A DNA stretch of 64,000 nt from Mobula hypostoma (lineage: Eukaryota): assembly GCF_963921235.1 (NCBI RefSeq), contig NC_086097.1, forward strand, positions 124,870,001 to 124,934,000. Reading direction: 5' to 3'. Both the position numbers and the translations under genes were made by a program. Position 1 is the first letter of the stretch. Every line of letters starts with the position of its first letter. This document shows positions 12,160 to 24,969 of this stretch, in pieces. The notes below the pieces were generated by a model, which searched no databases, was not told where the DNA came from, and saw nothing but the letters and a program-made list of their open reading frames with translations.

Positions 12160-13825
12160 CATTTTCTGTTCCCTATTCTGGCTCCCCTCTTACCCTTTCT
12201 CTTTTCCTAACCTGCCTATCACCTCCTTCCTCCTTCCCGTTCTCCCATGGTCCATTCTCCTCTCCTATCAGATTCCTTCTTCTTCACCCCTTTACCTTTT
12301 CCACATCACCTTTCAATTCTTTCTTCCCACTCACCAACCATAAGAACATCTGGTCCATTGAGCCTGCTCCACCATTCAATAAGATCATGGCTGATCTGGC
12401 CATGGACTCATCTCCACCTACCTGCCTTTCTCCCATAATCCTCAATTCCCCTACTATGCAAAAATCTATCCAACCTTGTCTTAAATATGTTTTCTGAGAT
12501 AGCCTCCACTGCTTCATTGAGGCAGAGAATTCCACAGATTCACCACTCTTTGGGAAAAGCAGTTCCTCCTCATCTCCATCCTAAATCTATTCCCCCAAAT
12601 CTTGAGGCTATACTCCCTAGTTCTAGTCTCACCTACCAGTGGAAACAACCTTCCTGCCCCTATCTTATCTATCCCTTTCAAAATTTTATATGCTTCTATA
12701 AGATCTCCTCTCATTCTTCTGAATTCCAGTGAGTACAGTCCCAGGCGACTCAATCTTTTCTCACAGTCTAACCCCCTCATCTCTGGAATCAACCTGGTGA
12801 ACCTCCTCTGCACCACCTCCAAAGCCAGTATATCCTTCCTCAAGTAAGGAGACCAGAACTGCATGCAGTACTCCAGGTGCGACCTCACTAGTACCCTATA
12901 CAGTTGCCACATAACCTCCCTGCTCTTAAATGCAATCCCTCTGGCAATGAAGCCCTACATGCCATTTGCCTTCTTGATAGCCTGCTGTACATGCAAACCA
13001 ACCTTTTGTGATTCATGCACAAGTACTCCCAAATCCCTCTGCACAGCAGCATGCTGTGATTTTTTATCATTTAAATAATAATCTGATCTTCCATTTTTCC
13101 CTCCAAAGTGGATGACCTTGCATTTATCACTACTGTATTCCATCTGCCAGACACTTACCCATTCACTTAAACTACCTATATCTCTCTGCCGACTCTCCTT
13201 ATCTTTGGCAAAATTTGCTTTTCCACTCAGTTTAGTGTCATCAGCAAACTTAGATACACTACACTCAGTCCCCTCTTCCAGATTGTTAATGTATATCGTG
13301 AACATTTGCGGACCCAGCATCAACCCCTGCGGCACACTGCTTACCACTGATTGCCAATCAGAGTAACACCCATGTATCCCAACTCTCTGCTTTCTATTAG
13401 TCAACCAATCCTCTATGCATGCTAATACATCACCGCCAATTCTATGCATCCTTATCTTATGGATAAGTCTTTTATGTGGCACCTTATCGAACGCGTTCTG
13501 GAAATCCAAGTAAATAACGTCCATCTGTTCCCCTCTATCCACTGTGCTCATTATATCCTCAAAGAACTCCAATAAGTTTGTCAAACAGGACCTGCCTTTG
13601 CTGAACCCATTTCTTTCCAGATGGCCCTTCACCAGGTCTTACCTATCACCTGCTAGTTTGTGCTACTTCCCCTTCCCCTCTCCTCCCCCACCTTCATATT
13701 CTGGCTTCTACTACCTTCCTTTCCAGCCCTAATGAAGGGTTTTAGCTTGAATCATTGACTGTTTCTTCCTTTCCATACATGCTGCATGGCCTGCTGAGTT
13801 CCTCCAGCATTTTGTCTGTGTGTTT
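12160..13825 (+). mobile_element. Penelope 3' end (pyrimidine-rich pLTR with decayed hammerhead), split by a CR1 insertion
   Basis: CT-rich flanks at 12160-12338 and 13625-13825 ending CCTAATGAAGGG...CCTGCTGAGTTCCTCCAGCATTTTG. Confidence 0.6.
12339..13622 (-). mobile_element. CR1 LINE, 5'-truncated
   Basis: RT with GRSCLTNLLEFF, FDKVPH, VPQG and KFADD (12955-13632); C-terminus (12514-12912); 3' tail. Confidence 0.93.
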
Positions 13826-14209
13826 TCAGCTTCAAACAACTCTGTGGTGTGGGACTTGAGACAGGGAATTGAATTTGTAGTGGAAACCAAAGTCAATGGC
13901 TTAATTGCCCAATGTGTGGTTGTAAGGAAGTTCTATACATTCAACCTGGGTGGAACAATACCCAGGAAGAAACAACACAACACTGGCACCAGCCCACCTA
14001 GCATCAAGAGCATGTATACAGAACAGTGCCAGCAGTATTCCAAAGGATCACACCAACCCTGCTTATGGACTGTTTGTCCCACTCCCAACAGGGAGGAGGC
14101 TACGTAGCATCAATGCCAGGACCACCAGTCTCAAAAACAGCTACTTCCCCCAAGCTATCAACACCTCCACCCATTAACCCACTTCACCACCCCCACCAGC
14201 ACTACATAC

Positions 14210-14753
14210 TCATGTTTGAAATCAGCCTGCTCTAGGTAGATTTACAGCTGTGCCATATTCTTTCCGTTTCTTGATGATTGACTTAACCATAATCCAAGAC
14301 TTGGAAATTTTCTTGAATCCATCTCCTGACCTTTTCGCAGAGTTGCTTGGAGTGGTCTTTTTGTAGTTTTTGCCAGGATACTGACTCACTAGCAGTCGGA
14401 CCTTCCAGATACAGGTGTCTTGTTACTACAATCAATTGAAGCACCTTGACTGTACACAGTGATCTCCATTTAACTAATTATGTGACTTCTACAACCAATT
14501 GGCTGCACCAGTGATGATTTGGTGTGTCATATTAAAAGGGGGTGAATAATTATGTAATCAATTATTTGGTGTTTTATATTTGTAAATTAACTTAGATCAC
14601 TTTGTACAGATGTTTTCACTTTGACACAAAAGAGTCTTTTCCTGTTGATCACTGCCAAAAAAAGCCAAATTAAATGTACTGTGATTCAATATTGTAAAAT
14701 GATAAAACATAAAAATTTCCGGGGAGGGGGTATGAATGTTTTTATAGGCACTG
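14210..14753 (-). mobile_element. Tc1 (IR/DR-type) 5' fragment (family B)
   Basis: Terminus TA|CAGTGCCTATAAAAACATTCATACCCC on the minus strand; remnant KSIIKKRKEYGTAVNLPRAG. Confidence 0.8.
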
Positions 14754-14854
14754 TATGTAACAGTTACTTGTACATTGTGTTTGATGGGAATTTCTTTATA
14801 TCTACATTTATTATGTGTTCTTTTTAAAAATTGTGTCCTTACGTTTATTAGTGT

Positions 14855-15593
14855 TGTTACGTACCAGCAGCGATAGATCACAAATTGAGTCAGGTTTTAA
14901 TGTTAAAACCACTATCTTTATTATCTGCTCAAAATATAGAGACTTAAACGAAATAAACAGAAATTAACAGTGTTATGCGTATAAATGTGTGTGTGGCTCC
15001 CAAACAGTCAAGTATAGGAACAGTTCTTAAAGTCTTAAGATTCGGACGGCAAAGTAGAAAGGTTCAGTAATCCACGGAATAAATGAGTGGGGGGAGAGAT
15101 CTGTAAATCCACTTTAAAATGTAGAGAGAAGGCGATTACGAAGAAATTCCACAAGTTCCACTCTGGGTAAACAAAATAACCATCGCCGAAGATCTTATCC
15201 GTCGAGTCGTTCCAATATCCACGTAAAACATCAGAGGGGAACAGTCACAGGACATCCCTTCTTCCAAGTGGTTACCACATAACACACCCGAATCTAGGTA
15301 AGGGTTAACAACAGGATACTCCAATAAAAATCCACTTGTGGATTATACCAAGTGACAGTCCCACATCCAATTCTGTTGAGCAACCCAATCTTTTGGGCAT
15401 GGGAGAGTTCCAAACCATAGCAGTGACAAGCTGAAATTCCAACAGCCTGTCTGTCTCTGTCTCTCTCTCTCCTTACAACACTTAAAATCTCAGCGGTCTG
15501 TCCAGTTTGTTGTGCTGATATCATAGTCCCGCCTCATCCAGGCGTCTCTTAAAGTGACAGTACACAGTGAACGAAACCTGTCGTCACGTAACA
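14855..15593 (-). mobile_element. Solo LTR of a related Gypsy/Gmr1-like family
   Basis: Termini TGTTACGT...ACGTAACA; 4-bp TSD GTGT (14851-14854 and 15594-15597); first 11 bp identical to the LTR at 38737 and TTTATT at a similar position. Confidence 0.85.
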
Positions 15594-16334
15594 GTGTGTT
15601 TTTCATGCTGCATCATAACAATCATTTTGTTCTCCTTTACAAATTTGTGCTGAAGAATGACAATAAACAATCCTGGATCTTAGCTGTAGAAATGGTATCT
15701 GGGAGATTGAATTTGGTCAGTACAGTTACAAGTCAGCTTTGGCCATGTCTCATCAAATAAGACCAGAGAGAAAGGCAAGAAATGAGACAGAATCAAAAGA
15801 AAGATGCAATTTCAAGAGGCACCAGCAAGTATAACCAAATGTTTGACTAAAGTGAAAGCGAGGGTAAGGTAGCAACAAAGGCAACAGAATGAATATCCTC
15901 ACTCTTGATCAGATCAAAAAAAAATCCAAGAGTTTGCCATGTTATTGAAGGTGTGGATAAAAGGAGGAAACGTTTTGAAAGGGTCCCTGGTGGAAAGATC
16001 AGTGTTATTGCATACCTGGAAAAACTTTGAATAACAAACAGTTTTAGTAACGGAAAGGGGGACCCAACAATGCTCAACACAGCTCAGCCAAATATGACAA
16101 TGGATAGCTAAACTAGTTTTTCAAGATTGTTCAACGTTCAGGACCCTGCACATGAGATAACTGAGATGAAAGCTATAGGGAACATGTGGGACAGCATAGT
16201 GATTTAGAATCACATTCTAGTTAATCCCTCCTCATAAAATATCTTTCACCTTTAGAAATACTTGCTGAACCTCTATGCACCCCTTCTAAAGCATCTGTAT
16301 CGCTTGTCCTCCAACATCAGAATTCCCATTAGAG

Positions 16335-16614
16335 AACATTGGACAATCCAACACAATACATGCCCTTCGCCCCATCATGTTGTGCCAATGAACATTGAAC
16401 AATACGACACAAAACATGCCATTCGCCCCATCATGTTGTGCTAATGAACATTGAACAATACGTCACAAAACATGCCCTTCGCCCCATCATGTTGTGCCAA
16501 TGAACATTGAACAATACATCACAGTACAGGCCCCTCATTCCATCATGTTGTGCCAATGAACATTGAACAATACATCACAGTACAGGCCCCTCACCCCATC
16601 ATGTTATGCCAACC
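16335..16614 (-). repeat. 56-bp tandem repeat, 5 copies, derived from a CR1/SINE 3' tail
   Basis: Units start at 16335, 16391, 16447, 16503 and 16559; the reverse complement resembles the GGCACAACATxxTGGGCCGAAGGGCCTGTACTGTG tail. Confidence 0.85.
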
Positions 16615-17379
16615 AGTTAATCTACTCTAAGATTAATTTAACCCTTCCCTCCTCCATAACCCTCCATTTTAAGTCATCCTTTGACCCACTCTTGTGTCAC
16701 CATATTAAATTGGCTACATCAGTGATGACCCCACTAGGATGTCAAGGGTCAAGTCCCTGCAAAGGTAACTGCTATTGAATGCCAAGATGTTGTCTTGTTC
16801 AAGATTGCCATCGCCTGGGATTTGTGTGGCACAACTGTTCTATGCCTAATTGCATTCACCATGTCAGTTTCCAAGTAGCAGTAAATGTAATTGGACAACC
16901 ATTGGTGAATATCCACACTCTTGATGGAAGAAGCTGAAGATGGCTGGGCCTTGAATACTGCACTGAACTCCTGCCGGCGTATCCCAGGATTACAGCTAAT
17001 TGATCATCAATAACCATGCAACAGCCCAGCCAATCTTGTGCTTACTCCTTGGTGGCATCTTACAGGACATACTGATACCACGCTTTTATCAAAGCCTGCC
17101 TTGATGTCAAGTGTAATGACATTGTATTCAACTCTTGGTCCATACTTGGACCTAAACTGTAATGTGGTTTGGAGTCCAGTGGTGCTGATAAAATTCAAAT
17201 TGGGTATCAGCGAGCAGGCTGTTGCTAGCTGCCACTTGACCCTTTACTGGTGATTGGGAATTGAATGATTGGATGTATCGATTAGTAAGATGTGGGCATG
17301 CTATATTGGCGCTAGAAGCACAGCGACACTTGCAGGCTGCCCCCAGCAGAACATACAAACTCTGTATGGAACTCAGTGA

Positions 17380-18405
17380 CCAGTAGTGTTCTGCACGGAG
17401 GTCAGCGACCAGTGGTGTTCTGCACGGATCTGTTCTGGAACCCCTGCTCTTTGTGATTTTTGTAAATGACCCACATGAAGAAGTAGAAACATGGGTTAGT
17501 AAGTTTGCTGATGATACAAAGGTTGGGGGTGTTGTGGATAGTCTGGAGGGTTGTCAGTGGTTACAGTGGGACATCGATAGGATGCAGAACTGGGCTGAGA
17601 AGTGCCCGATGGATTTCAACCCAGGTAAGTGTGAAGTGGTTCATTTTGGTAGGTCCAATTTGAAGACAGAATATAATATAAATGGTATGACTCTTGGCAG
17701 TGTGGAGGATCTGAGAGATCTTGGGGTCTGTGTCAATAGGACACTCAAAGTTGCTGCACAGGTTGACAGTGTTGATAAGAAGGCATATGGTGTGTTGGCA
17801 TTCATCAACCATGGAATTGAGTTCAAGAGCCGTGAGGTAATGTTACAGATATACAAGACCTTGATCAGACCTCACTTGGAGTATAGTGTTCAGCTCTGAT
17901 CACCTCACTATAGGAAGGATGTGGATACAATAGAGAGAGTGCAGAGGAGATTTACAAGGATGTTGCCTGGATTGGGGAGCATGTCTTATGAGAAAAGGTT
18001 GAGTGTACTGGGCCTTTCCTCCTTGGAGTGACGGAGGACGAGAGGTGAACTGATAGAGGTGTATAAGATGATGAGGGGCATTGATCATGTGGATAGCCGG
18101 AGGCTTTATCCCAGGGCTGAAATGGCTAACATGAGAGGGCATAGTTTTAAGGTGCTTTAAAATAGGTACCAAGGGGATGTCAAGGATAAGTTTTTCCCAC
18201 ACAGAGAGTGGTGGGTGCATGAAAGTACTGCGGTGGTGGAAGCGGATACAATCGGGTCTTTTAGGAGCCTCTTAGATAGGTACATGGAACTTCGAAAAAT
18301 AGGGGGCTATGCGCTAGGAAAATTCTAGGCAGTTTCTAGAGTAGGTTACATGATCAGCACAACATTGTGAAAGTAAGGCCTGTAATGTGCTGTAAATTTC
18401 TATGT
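17380..18405 (+). mobile_element. CR1 LINE, 5'-truncated
   Basis: SKFADDTKVGG...RPHLEYSVQ; CR1-type 3' tail. Confidence 0.9.
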
Positions 18406-19829
18406 TTTATACAGACAGCAGCAAGAATTGAACCCTGGGTCACTGGTGCTGTAAAGCATTACGTTAACCACTGCTCTACTATAATGTAGCATCAATTTAC
18501 CATGGACCATTAACTCACTGACCCGCAAATCTTTGCATGTGTGAGGAAATCTAGGAACCTGGCAGAAACCCACACAGTCACAGGGATGATCATAAGACAC
18601 AGAACATAATTAGGCCACTCAGCCCATTGAGTCTGCTCTCCCACTCGATCATGGTCGATTTATTATCTGTCTCAACTCATTCTCCTGCTTGCTCCCTGTA
18701 ACCTTTGGTGCCCTGACTAATAACGAAAACTCCACGGATAGCATCATTTTCTAACTTTAAGATTTCCAGCATCTGCATTTAAAACATCCTTAGCCATAGG
18801 TGAAATGTCTGAGAACTGGAGGATTGCAAATGTTGTTCTGTTGTTTAAAAGCTCTTAAGAATAATGCAGGAAATTACAGGCTGATGAGCCTGACACCACT
18901 TGAGGGCATATTATTGTAATGTACTCCAAGGGACAGATTTGTATTTCAGTAGACAAGACCTGACTAGGGATATTCAACATAGCTAAAGAATCTTAGAATT
19001 TGAAATTACAAGGAAGGTTGTATAGGATCAATGCAAGCACCCAGTTCTAATTTCACTCAACCTCATCGAAAAAAAGCCTGCGTGAATGTTCCTTATCTGT
19101 ACCTCTTATAATTTTGTATAGGGCTAATGCAAGGATATGCAGAAAAACTGGTCAGCATGGACTAGATGGGCCAAAGAGCCTGTACTGTGCTGCAGTGCTT
19201 CATGACAATATGCCAGAACTTTTCCATCCAAGAAATCAGATTAGCTTCAGTTTATTTTGGTTGACCCAAAGGGTGCATTTCTTCCTTTTGCTATACTCAG
19301 TCTGGTTTGAGCACTTTGATACAAGTTTGCTGACACAAAGCATATCCAAATACATTGCCAGCTGCTTGTACTCACCATCTCATTTTGACTCCATTAAAAT
19401 CAAAAGGTTTGAACATGTAGAGGCAAGTGTAACAGGTAAACATGCACATGTCTGTTCCAGGAACTGAAGTTAAATACCTCCCTCTACTTTCTAGTCTGTG
19501 GTATTCACTCAAAACTTTTGATTAAGCAGATCATTAGATACAAACCTAACATTAGACTGATATTCAGTAAACTCTCATGCTTAAAAAAAATGAACATCTT
19601 CAGATTTCAACAAGGCAGGAAGATAATCTGAGGAAAAAGTTAAAGGGCATGAAGACGGGGAGCGAGAAAGGAGGTGCAGGCGAAACATGTTTAGTTATGT
19701 ACAGAAAAAAAAACAAATCCAGTTTTCAAAAGTGAGAATCCTCACTTCTATTTTAATCAAAGCTACTGTCTTGTTTAGCTGCTTCCTTAGCCTCTTCTGC
19801 AAGAGTGCCAGGTTTAGACATGCATTTTC

Positions 19830-20897
19830 AGACTGATGTTAAAAACATTTTATTAAATATTATACACAATGATTGATTACAAGAGCAAAAATCTCTTACA
19901 ATAATCAAAAATTCTGAATTTCAACAATGCATTTGAGTGGATTTTCCCATGGCCCAGATGGAATAAGGAGACAAGGCAGGAAAGGAATATGTACTGTATG
20001 CAACTTCTTTGCTTTGTTGGTCACCATGAAGTTGTGCCTGCAGCGTCGTCTTCCAGGGCAAGCATTAATAAGTGACTTGTGGTCTTCGTATAAAGAAAAA
20101 AAAATCATATGTAAAAAGTCAGAAAAGATTGTTGGCTACATAATTAATGTAAAACATTTACAAAAATGTTCTCAATACTATGCATAAATGGGCAATACTT
20201 CTTTATACATGGGCAAACTCCAGCAGACACCACACAAATGAAAATTTAAGGTAAAAATTTAAATATAAATAAAAATAATAATTTTAAATAAGATAAAACT
20301 ACAACTAAAATTTCAATTTTAAAGTTTTTACCTTACAACTGAAATCTGACTCAGAAGTCACATATTGCATTACGGACAAGTGGAAAGACAAACATATACA
20401 AATTTATAAATTCTATTTAGCACCAAACTCAAAGTTATTTTTGCATTTCAGAGCCAATGAATAAATATAATAAATAAATAAATACAAGACCAATTATATA
20501 AATATATCACTTTCCATACAAAAGTCATTAACAGACAAAATGCGACATATCACCACAATGCTTTGGTTAGTAAGCAATGTCTGAATACATGAATCCCACA
20601 GAGAATTGAGTCCACTTAAACTAGTAGATAATCAGATGAAGACAGTTCAAAACAATGCAGTTTTGAAGCAAATCCAGCTTATGTGCTCAAGTTCTGAAAG
20701 TGGCACTTGAACTACAGCCTCCAGATATAATGGCAAGGCTTCTACCACTGGGTATGTTACATGTAGTGTGCAATCTGAATAAATAAGCCACCAAAATATT
20801 GTTCTGAATATTAACTTATCTGCTCTCACTAAATCAACATTTTCACCGTTTCCCATTTGTTACCGAATTGACAGATCACCAGTTTAAATTTATGCAC
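19830..20897 (-). other. ZNF706: Probable terminal 3'-UTR exon of the ZNF706-like gene
   Basis: Acceptor (ttattttt agttgCAG) at 20900-20898, then ~1 kb of repeat-free AU-rich sequence ending after AATAAA at 19854-19849. The 3' end is approximate. Confidence 0.65.
19849..19854 (-). terminator. Polyadenylation signal AATAAA
   Basis: Plus-strand TTTATT at the end of the putative 3'-UTR exon. Confidence 0.6.
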
Positions 20898-21024
20898 CTG
20901 CAACTAAAAATAATCTACTTTAAAGACTTACATTCTTCTAAACAATTTGATTAGAGTCAGTTTAAATAAACACTTTAAAAGTACTCATGGAGAAATGTTT
21001 AGAACAATTTCTAAGTACTTGAAT

Positions 21025-21982
21025 GGTTAAACCGGTGACTAGTGGTGTTCCACAAGGGTCTGTGGAGGGACTAATTCTTTTTGTGTTATATGTTAATGAA
21101 TTGGATGAAGAATTGATGGCTTTCTTGCAAAGTTTGCAAACAATACGAAGATAGGTGGAGGGGCAGGTAGTTTTGAGAAAGTAGAGAGGCTAAAGGAGGA
21201 CTTAAACAGGATAGGAGAATGGGCAAAGTGGCAGACTCAATACAGTGTCAGGAAGTGTACACCATGCACTCTGAAACTCAGGCACAAAGGAACTTGGGAG
21301 TCCTTGTGCAGGATTCCCTAAAGGTTAATTTACAGCTTGAGTCTGTGGTGATGTTAGCATTCATTTCAAGAGGACTAGAATATAAAAGCAAGGATGTAAT
21401 GTTGAGACTTTATAAAGCACTGGTGAGGCCTCACTTGGAGCGTTGTGAGCAGTTTTGGGCCCCTTATCTTAGAAAAGATGTGCTGAAACTGGAGAGGTTC
21501 AAAGGAGGTGCACGAAAATTATTCCAAGTTTGAACAGCTTGTCATATAAAGAGCATTTGATGGCTCTGGGCCTGTATTTACTAGAATTCAGAAGAATGAG
21601 GGGTGATCTCATTGAAACCTATCGAATGGTGAAACCTTGATAGAGTGGATGTGGAGAGGATGTTTCCTATGGTGTGAGAGTTTAAGACTAGAGGACACAG
21701 CCTCAGAATAGAGGGGAGTCCTTTTAGAATGGAGATGAGGAGGAATTTTTTTTTTAGAATGGTGAATCTGTTGAATTCATTGGCACAGGTAGCTGTGGAG
21801 GTCAAGTTTGTATGTATATTTAAGGCAGAGGGTGATAGATTCTTGATTGGTCAAGGCATGAAGGGACACAGGGAGAAGGCACGAAATTGGGGCTGAGAGG
21901 AAAAATGGATTAGCCATGATGAAATGGCAGAGCAGACACAATGGGCCAAATGACCCAATTCTGCTCCTATATCTTTGGTCTT
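21025..21982 (+). mobile_element. CR1 LINE, degenerate, in the last ZNF706 intron
   Basis: VTSGVPQGS remnant, LYKALVRPHLE and a 3' tail. Confidence 0.88.
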
Positions 21983-22301
21983 AAACAGTAGCAACATTTG
22001 GTCATTTCGCCAGTACTAAAAAGAACCATTTCTCTACTGTAGAACTATTTCTGGTGTTAAATGATTGAGTACAATATTAAGATTTCCAAATGGAGATGAT
22101 CTGTCACATTATGTCATCTTCATGTATATAGATTAGTTAACACAGTCCCCAAAATGGATCATGATCAAGCTAACGATCTGGATAAACAAAAGATCTTCCT
22201 TATATTAAAAAAAACTTTAAATCACTGGATACAAAAGCAGAAGAAACATGGCACCTCATCTCACCAAACAAAGATAAAGAGTACCCCAAGTCAGATTAGT
22301 A

Positions 22302-23204
22302 CAGGTTGAGTACCCCCCATTCAAAATTCCAAAATCTGAAAATCTCTGAAATCCAAATTTATTTATTTATTTATTGAGTGCTGACATGACATTATAAATG
22401 GAAAATTCCACAAAGCACTGCGAAGGTTCCCAGTGATCTCTGTGTATCAGACTGTCCTGAGAAGTGATCTTACATATGTAATGAACAGAAGTTAAATAAA
22501 AATAGAAAAGCACTGCATAAAGCGTGAATGGATTCATCAGTGGAGTGAACATATGGCACTTAACGGTATGCTGACCATGAAACAAGCAAAGATCTATCAC
22601 AACAAACTGAAAAATGAAGGTAATTGTGAATATTTAGCAGGCTGGTTGCTGCAGTTTAAGTTTAAGAAAGGCACAGCATTTTAAAAAATATTTATTTTAA
22701 AAGATTAAGTATCTGCTGATGATGAGCAGTAAGGAAATTCATTGATGAGTTTGTAAAGATTGACGCTAATGAAAATCTAACACCAGAAAAAGTCTACAAC
22801 GCTAATATTTTTTTATAAAAATACCTTACATAAAACCAAGTACACAGAATTTGTATTTTACTGTAAATTTTTAATCAAAACATAGCATCATAGGTGGAGA
22901 CTGGAAGCTTGCCTTTGTTGCTGTTGTTCAACAGATTCAATTATTCTCCCAATGCTGGTGTGCTGCTTGTTACCCTGAACACATTTTCATTATATTAATA
23001 GTATGTAATAATTTTTAGTGTTAAGTACATATGTCTGATGAACAAGTGCAAGACAAAGACTGCATACTGGTAGCACATAAATTCACAGTCAGAAATGACG
23101 GCAATCCCCAGTTGTCTCATTACATATTCCAAAATCTGAAAAAAAAATCCAAAATCCGAAACACTTCTGGCCCCAAGCATTATGGATAAGGAGTACTTAA
23201 TCTG
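22302..23204 (+). mobile_element. Tigger4/Zombi-like non-autonomous DNA transposon in the last ZNF706 intron
   Basis: TA|CAGGTTGAGTACCCC...GGAGTACTTAATCTG|TA; subterminal CCAAAATC(C/T)GAAA repeats; degenerate CENP-B-type HTH (MKQAKIYH, GNCEYLAGWL, ENLTPEKVYNA). Confidence 0.85.
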
Positions 23205-23760
23205 TATTACGAGTCTTTGAATCCTGATTAAATTTGATTCTGTACATTTATTGTGATTATCTGGTTTGCAGTGCTCAATAAAGAAATCCATTGACATCAT
23301 TGCAAGCTCTCCAGTTCTAAAAGTTCAGTATTTTGGGAATAATAGATTTCTGACTCAATCCAAAATGTGTGCCTCCGAGTATTCCAATCTTGGTAAAACT
23401 TTTTTTAAAAAATATAATTTAGTCAAGTCTGATTTCCCATTAAGTATATAGCTATCTTGCCAAAAGTAGCTTCTGCTTACATTTAGCCTTTTCCAAAACT
23501 CCCTCCAGGCAGTACCTTTTATGCAAGCTTTGCACAATGCCCACCTATAGTGCCATTACAAGTAGATGTCCAAATTATATCACTGGATTTCAGTGCTGAG
23601 CTCTAGAAACTAGATAATTACAGAGAATATACAGTATAAAATTTAATCAAGATTGATTCTTGTTGAAAAGAGCAGATTTTTAGCACAAAGTGACAAATAG
23701 TCACATGAAATCTCAAAACTCAGAACAGTACATACCATAAAAAAAGTTGAGGCAATGTCT

Positions 23761-23856
23761 CTATACCTGTACATCAACAAGTTCTGCTGGCATTGGTGCT
23801 TTAGGATGCTTGTTCTCAAAGTGCTGCTTAAACGTTTTGGGATCTGGCATCTGGGT
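23761..23856 (-). CDS. ZNF706: ZNF706-like, coding exon 2 (codons 46-76 plus stop)
   Basis: Missing from the ORF track; translated by hand. Acceptor TTAG| then TQMPDPKTFKQHFENKHPKAPMPAELVDVQV-TAG. Completes C-x2-C-x12-H-x4-H and a 76-aa protein, the length of vertebrate ZNF706. The exon probably runs to donor ATG|GTATGT at 23736/23735. Confidence 0.95.
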   Translation of the reverse strand, partial: TQMPDPKTFKQHFENKHPKAPMPAELVDVQV

Positions 23857-24834
23857 CTAACAGAAAAAAAGTTGTAATTAAACAAATGTTAAACAAAACT
23901 GGATAGATTAAAATTTGAAGTTATGACCAGTCAGAATTTTAAACACTTCCCCCCTCCCACCCTCATTGGGATGCAGCTGATCTTTTCAGCAAGATTTATA
24001 AAAAGCTACAACTGATTTTCAAGAATTCTGATCAATATTCTTTTTGTTTAACACCAGTTAAGAGCAATATTTCAAACTAAAAGATGTAGTTCAGAAAACA
24101 TAAGTACTTAGGTGCTTCGAGACATTTACAGACAAATTTGTGTCATGGCAGTGTCAGGTAAAAATACAAATTTCTTCAGCCTCAAAAGTTCCCCATCATA
24201 AGCTACTGTTTAATTAATTAGCCAGTTGAAGCACTTGGTTAATTTGCACTTCAATAGAGGCTTGTACGATATGCTGTAAATTGGTTCGAAGGTCTCATTT
24301 ACTAGTTGATTAGAATGAACACTGACAATTAGCTCTTCCATCTTAAGTCTACTTTCTCCCATAACGTCTCTATTTGCACTGAACACAGTTTCACTCATTT
24401 TGAATTAGATGATCATTTTAAGAATTTTCTTAGAAAAACAGGATTTATATACAGCACATAATTTCCCAAAAGCAATACTATATTGCTTGAGAACAAAAGA
24501 GTAGCCAATATTGAAAGGAATTAAAAGTTCTATGACAAATTTATATTAAAAAAGAGTGGCCCAGGAAGGGAATTTTCAATAATAATTGGTGTACCATAAT
24601 ATTCAAATTAAAACTGGATTTTTAAAATACATTTTGTAACTGAACTAGTGAAAGAAACCTACCTTACAAAACAGTTTTGTGAATGATTTTAATTGTCTAG
24701 ATTCTAGTCCAAAAGGCATATTTGCTATTTCTTCTATTAATATTAATTTATAATCACTGGTATCACATTTCATTAAGTGCTAAATTCAGGGAAAGAGCTG
24801 CTTGGGAGAATGCTGGCTTCCCAGCTCCCCTTAC

Positions 24835-24969
24835 CCTACAGACAGAACAGGTGTAGACAAGAGCAGCTTTTGCAGCGGTCTTCTGATCATGTCCGGTTCG
24901 TTTTTTCTGTTCAGCTTGCTTCTTTGCATTCCGCTGCTGGGACTGAAACTTCTGATGCCCACGGGCCAT
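24835..24969 (-). CDS. ZNF706: ZNF706-like, coding exon 1 (codons 1-45; 4F5/SERF-like basic N-terminus plus first half of C2H2 finger)
   Basis: Translates MARGHQKFQSQQRNAKKQAEQKKRTGHDQKTAAKAALVYTCSVCR. Acceptor TAG at 24974-24972 followed by GT-ATG; phase-0 donor AGG|GTAAGG after 24835. Confidence 0.96.

Noticed and set aside
16335..16614. CRISPR-like array
   Set aside because: Contiguous tandem units with no unique spacers, in a vertebrate context with no cas genes.
24763..24834. C-terminal 23 aa of the ORF-track 68-aa protein
   Set aside because: Intron read-through past the GTAAGG donor; the real C-terminus is at 23761-23856.
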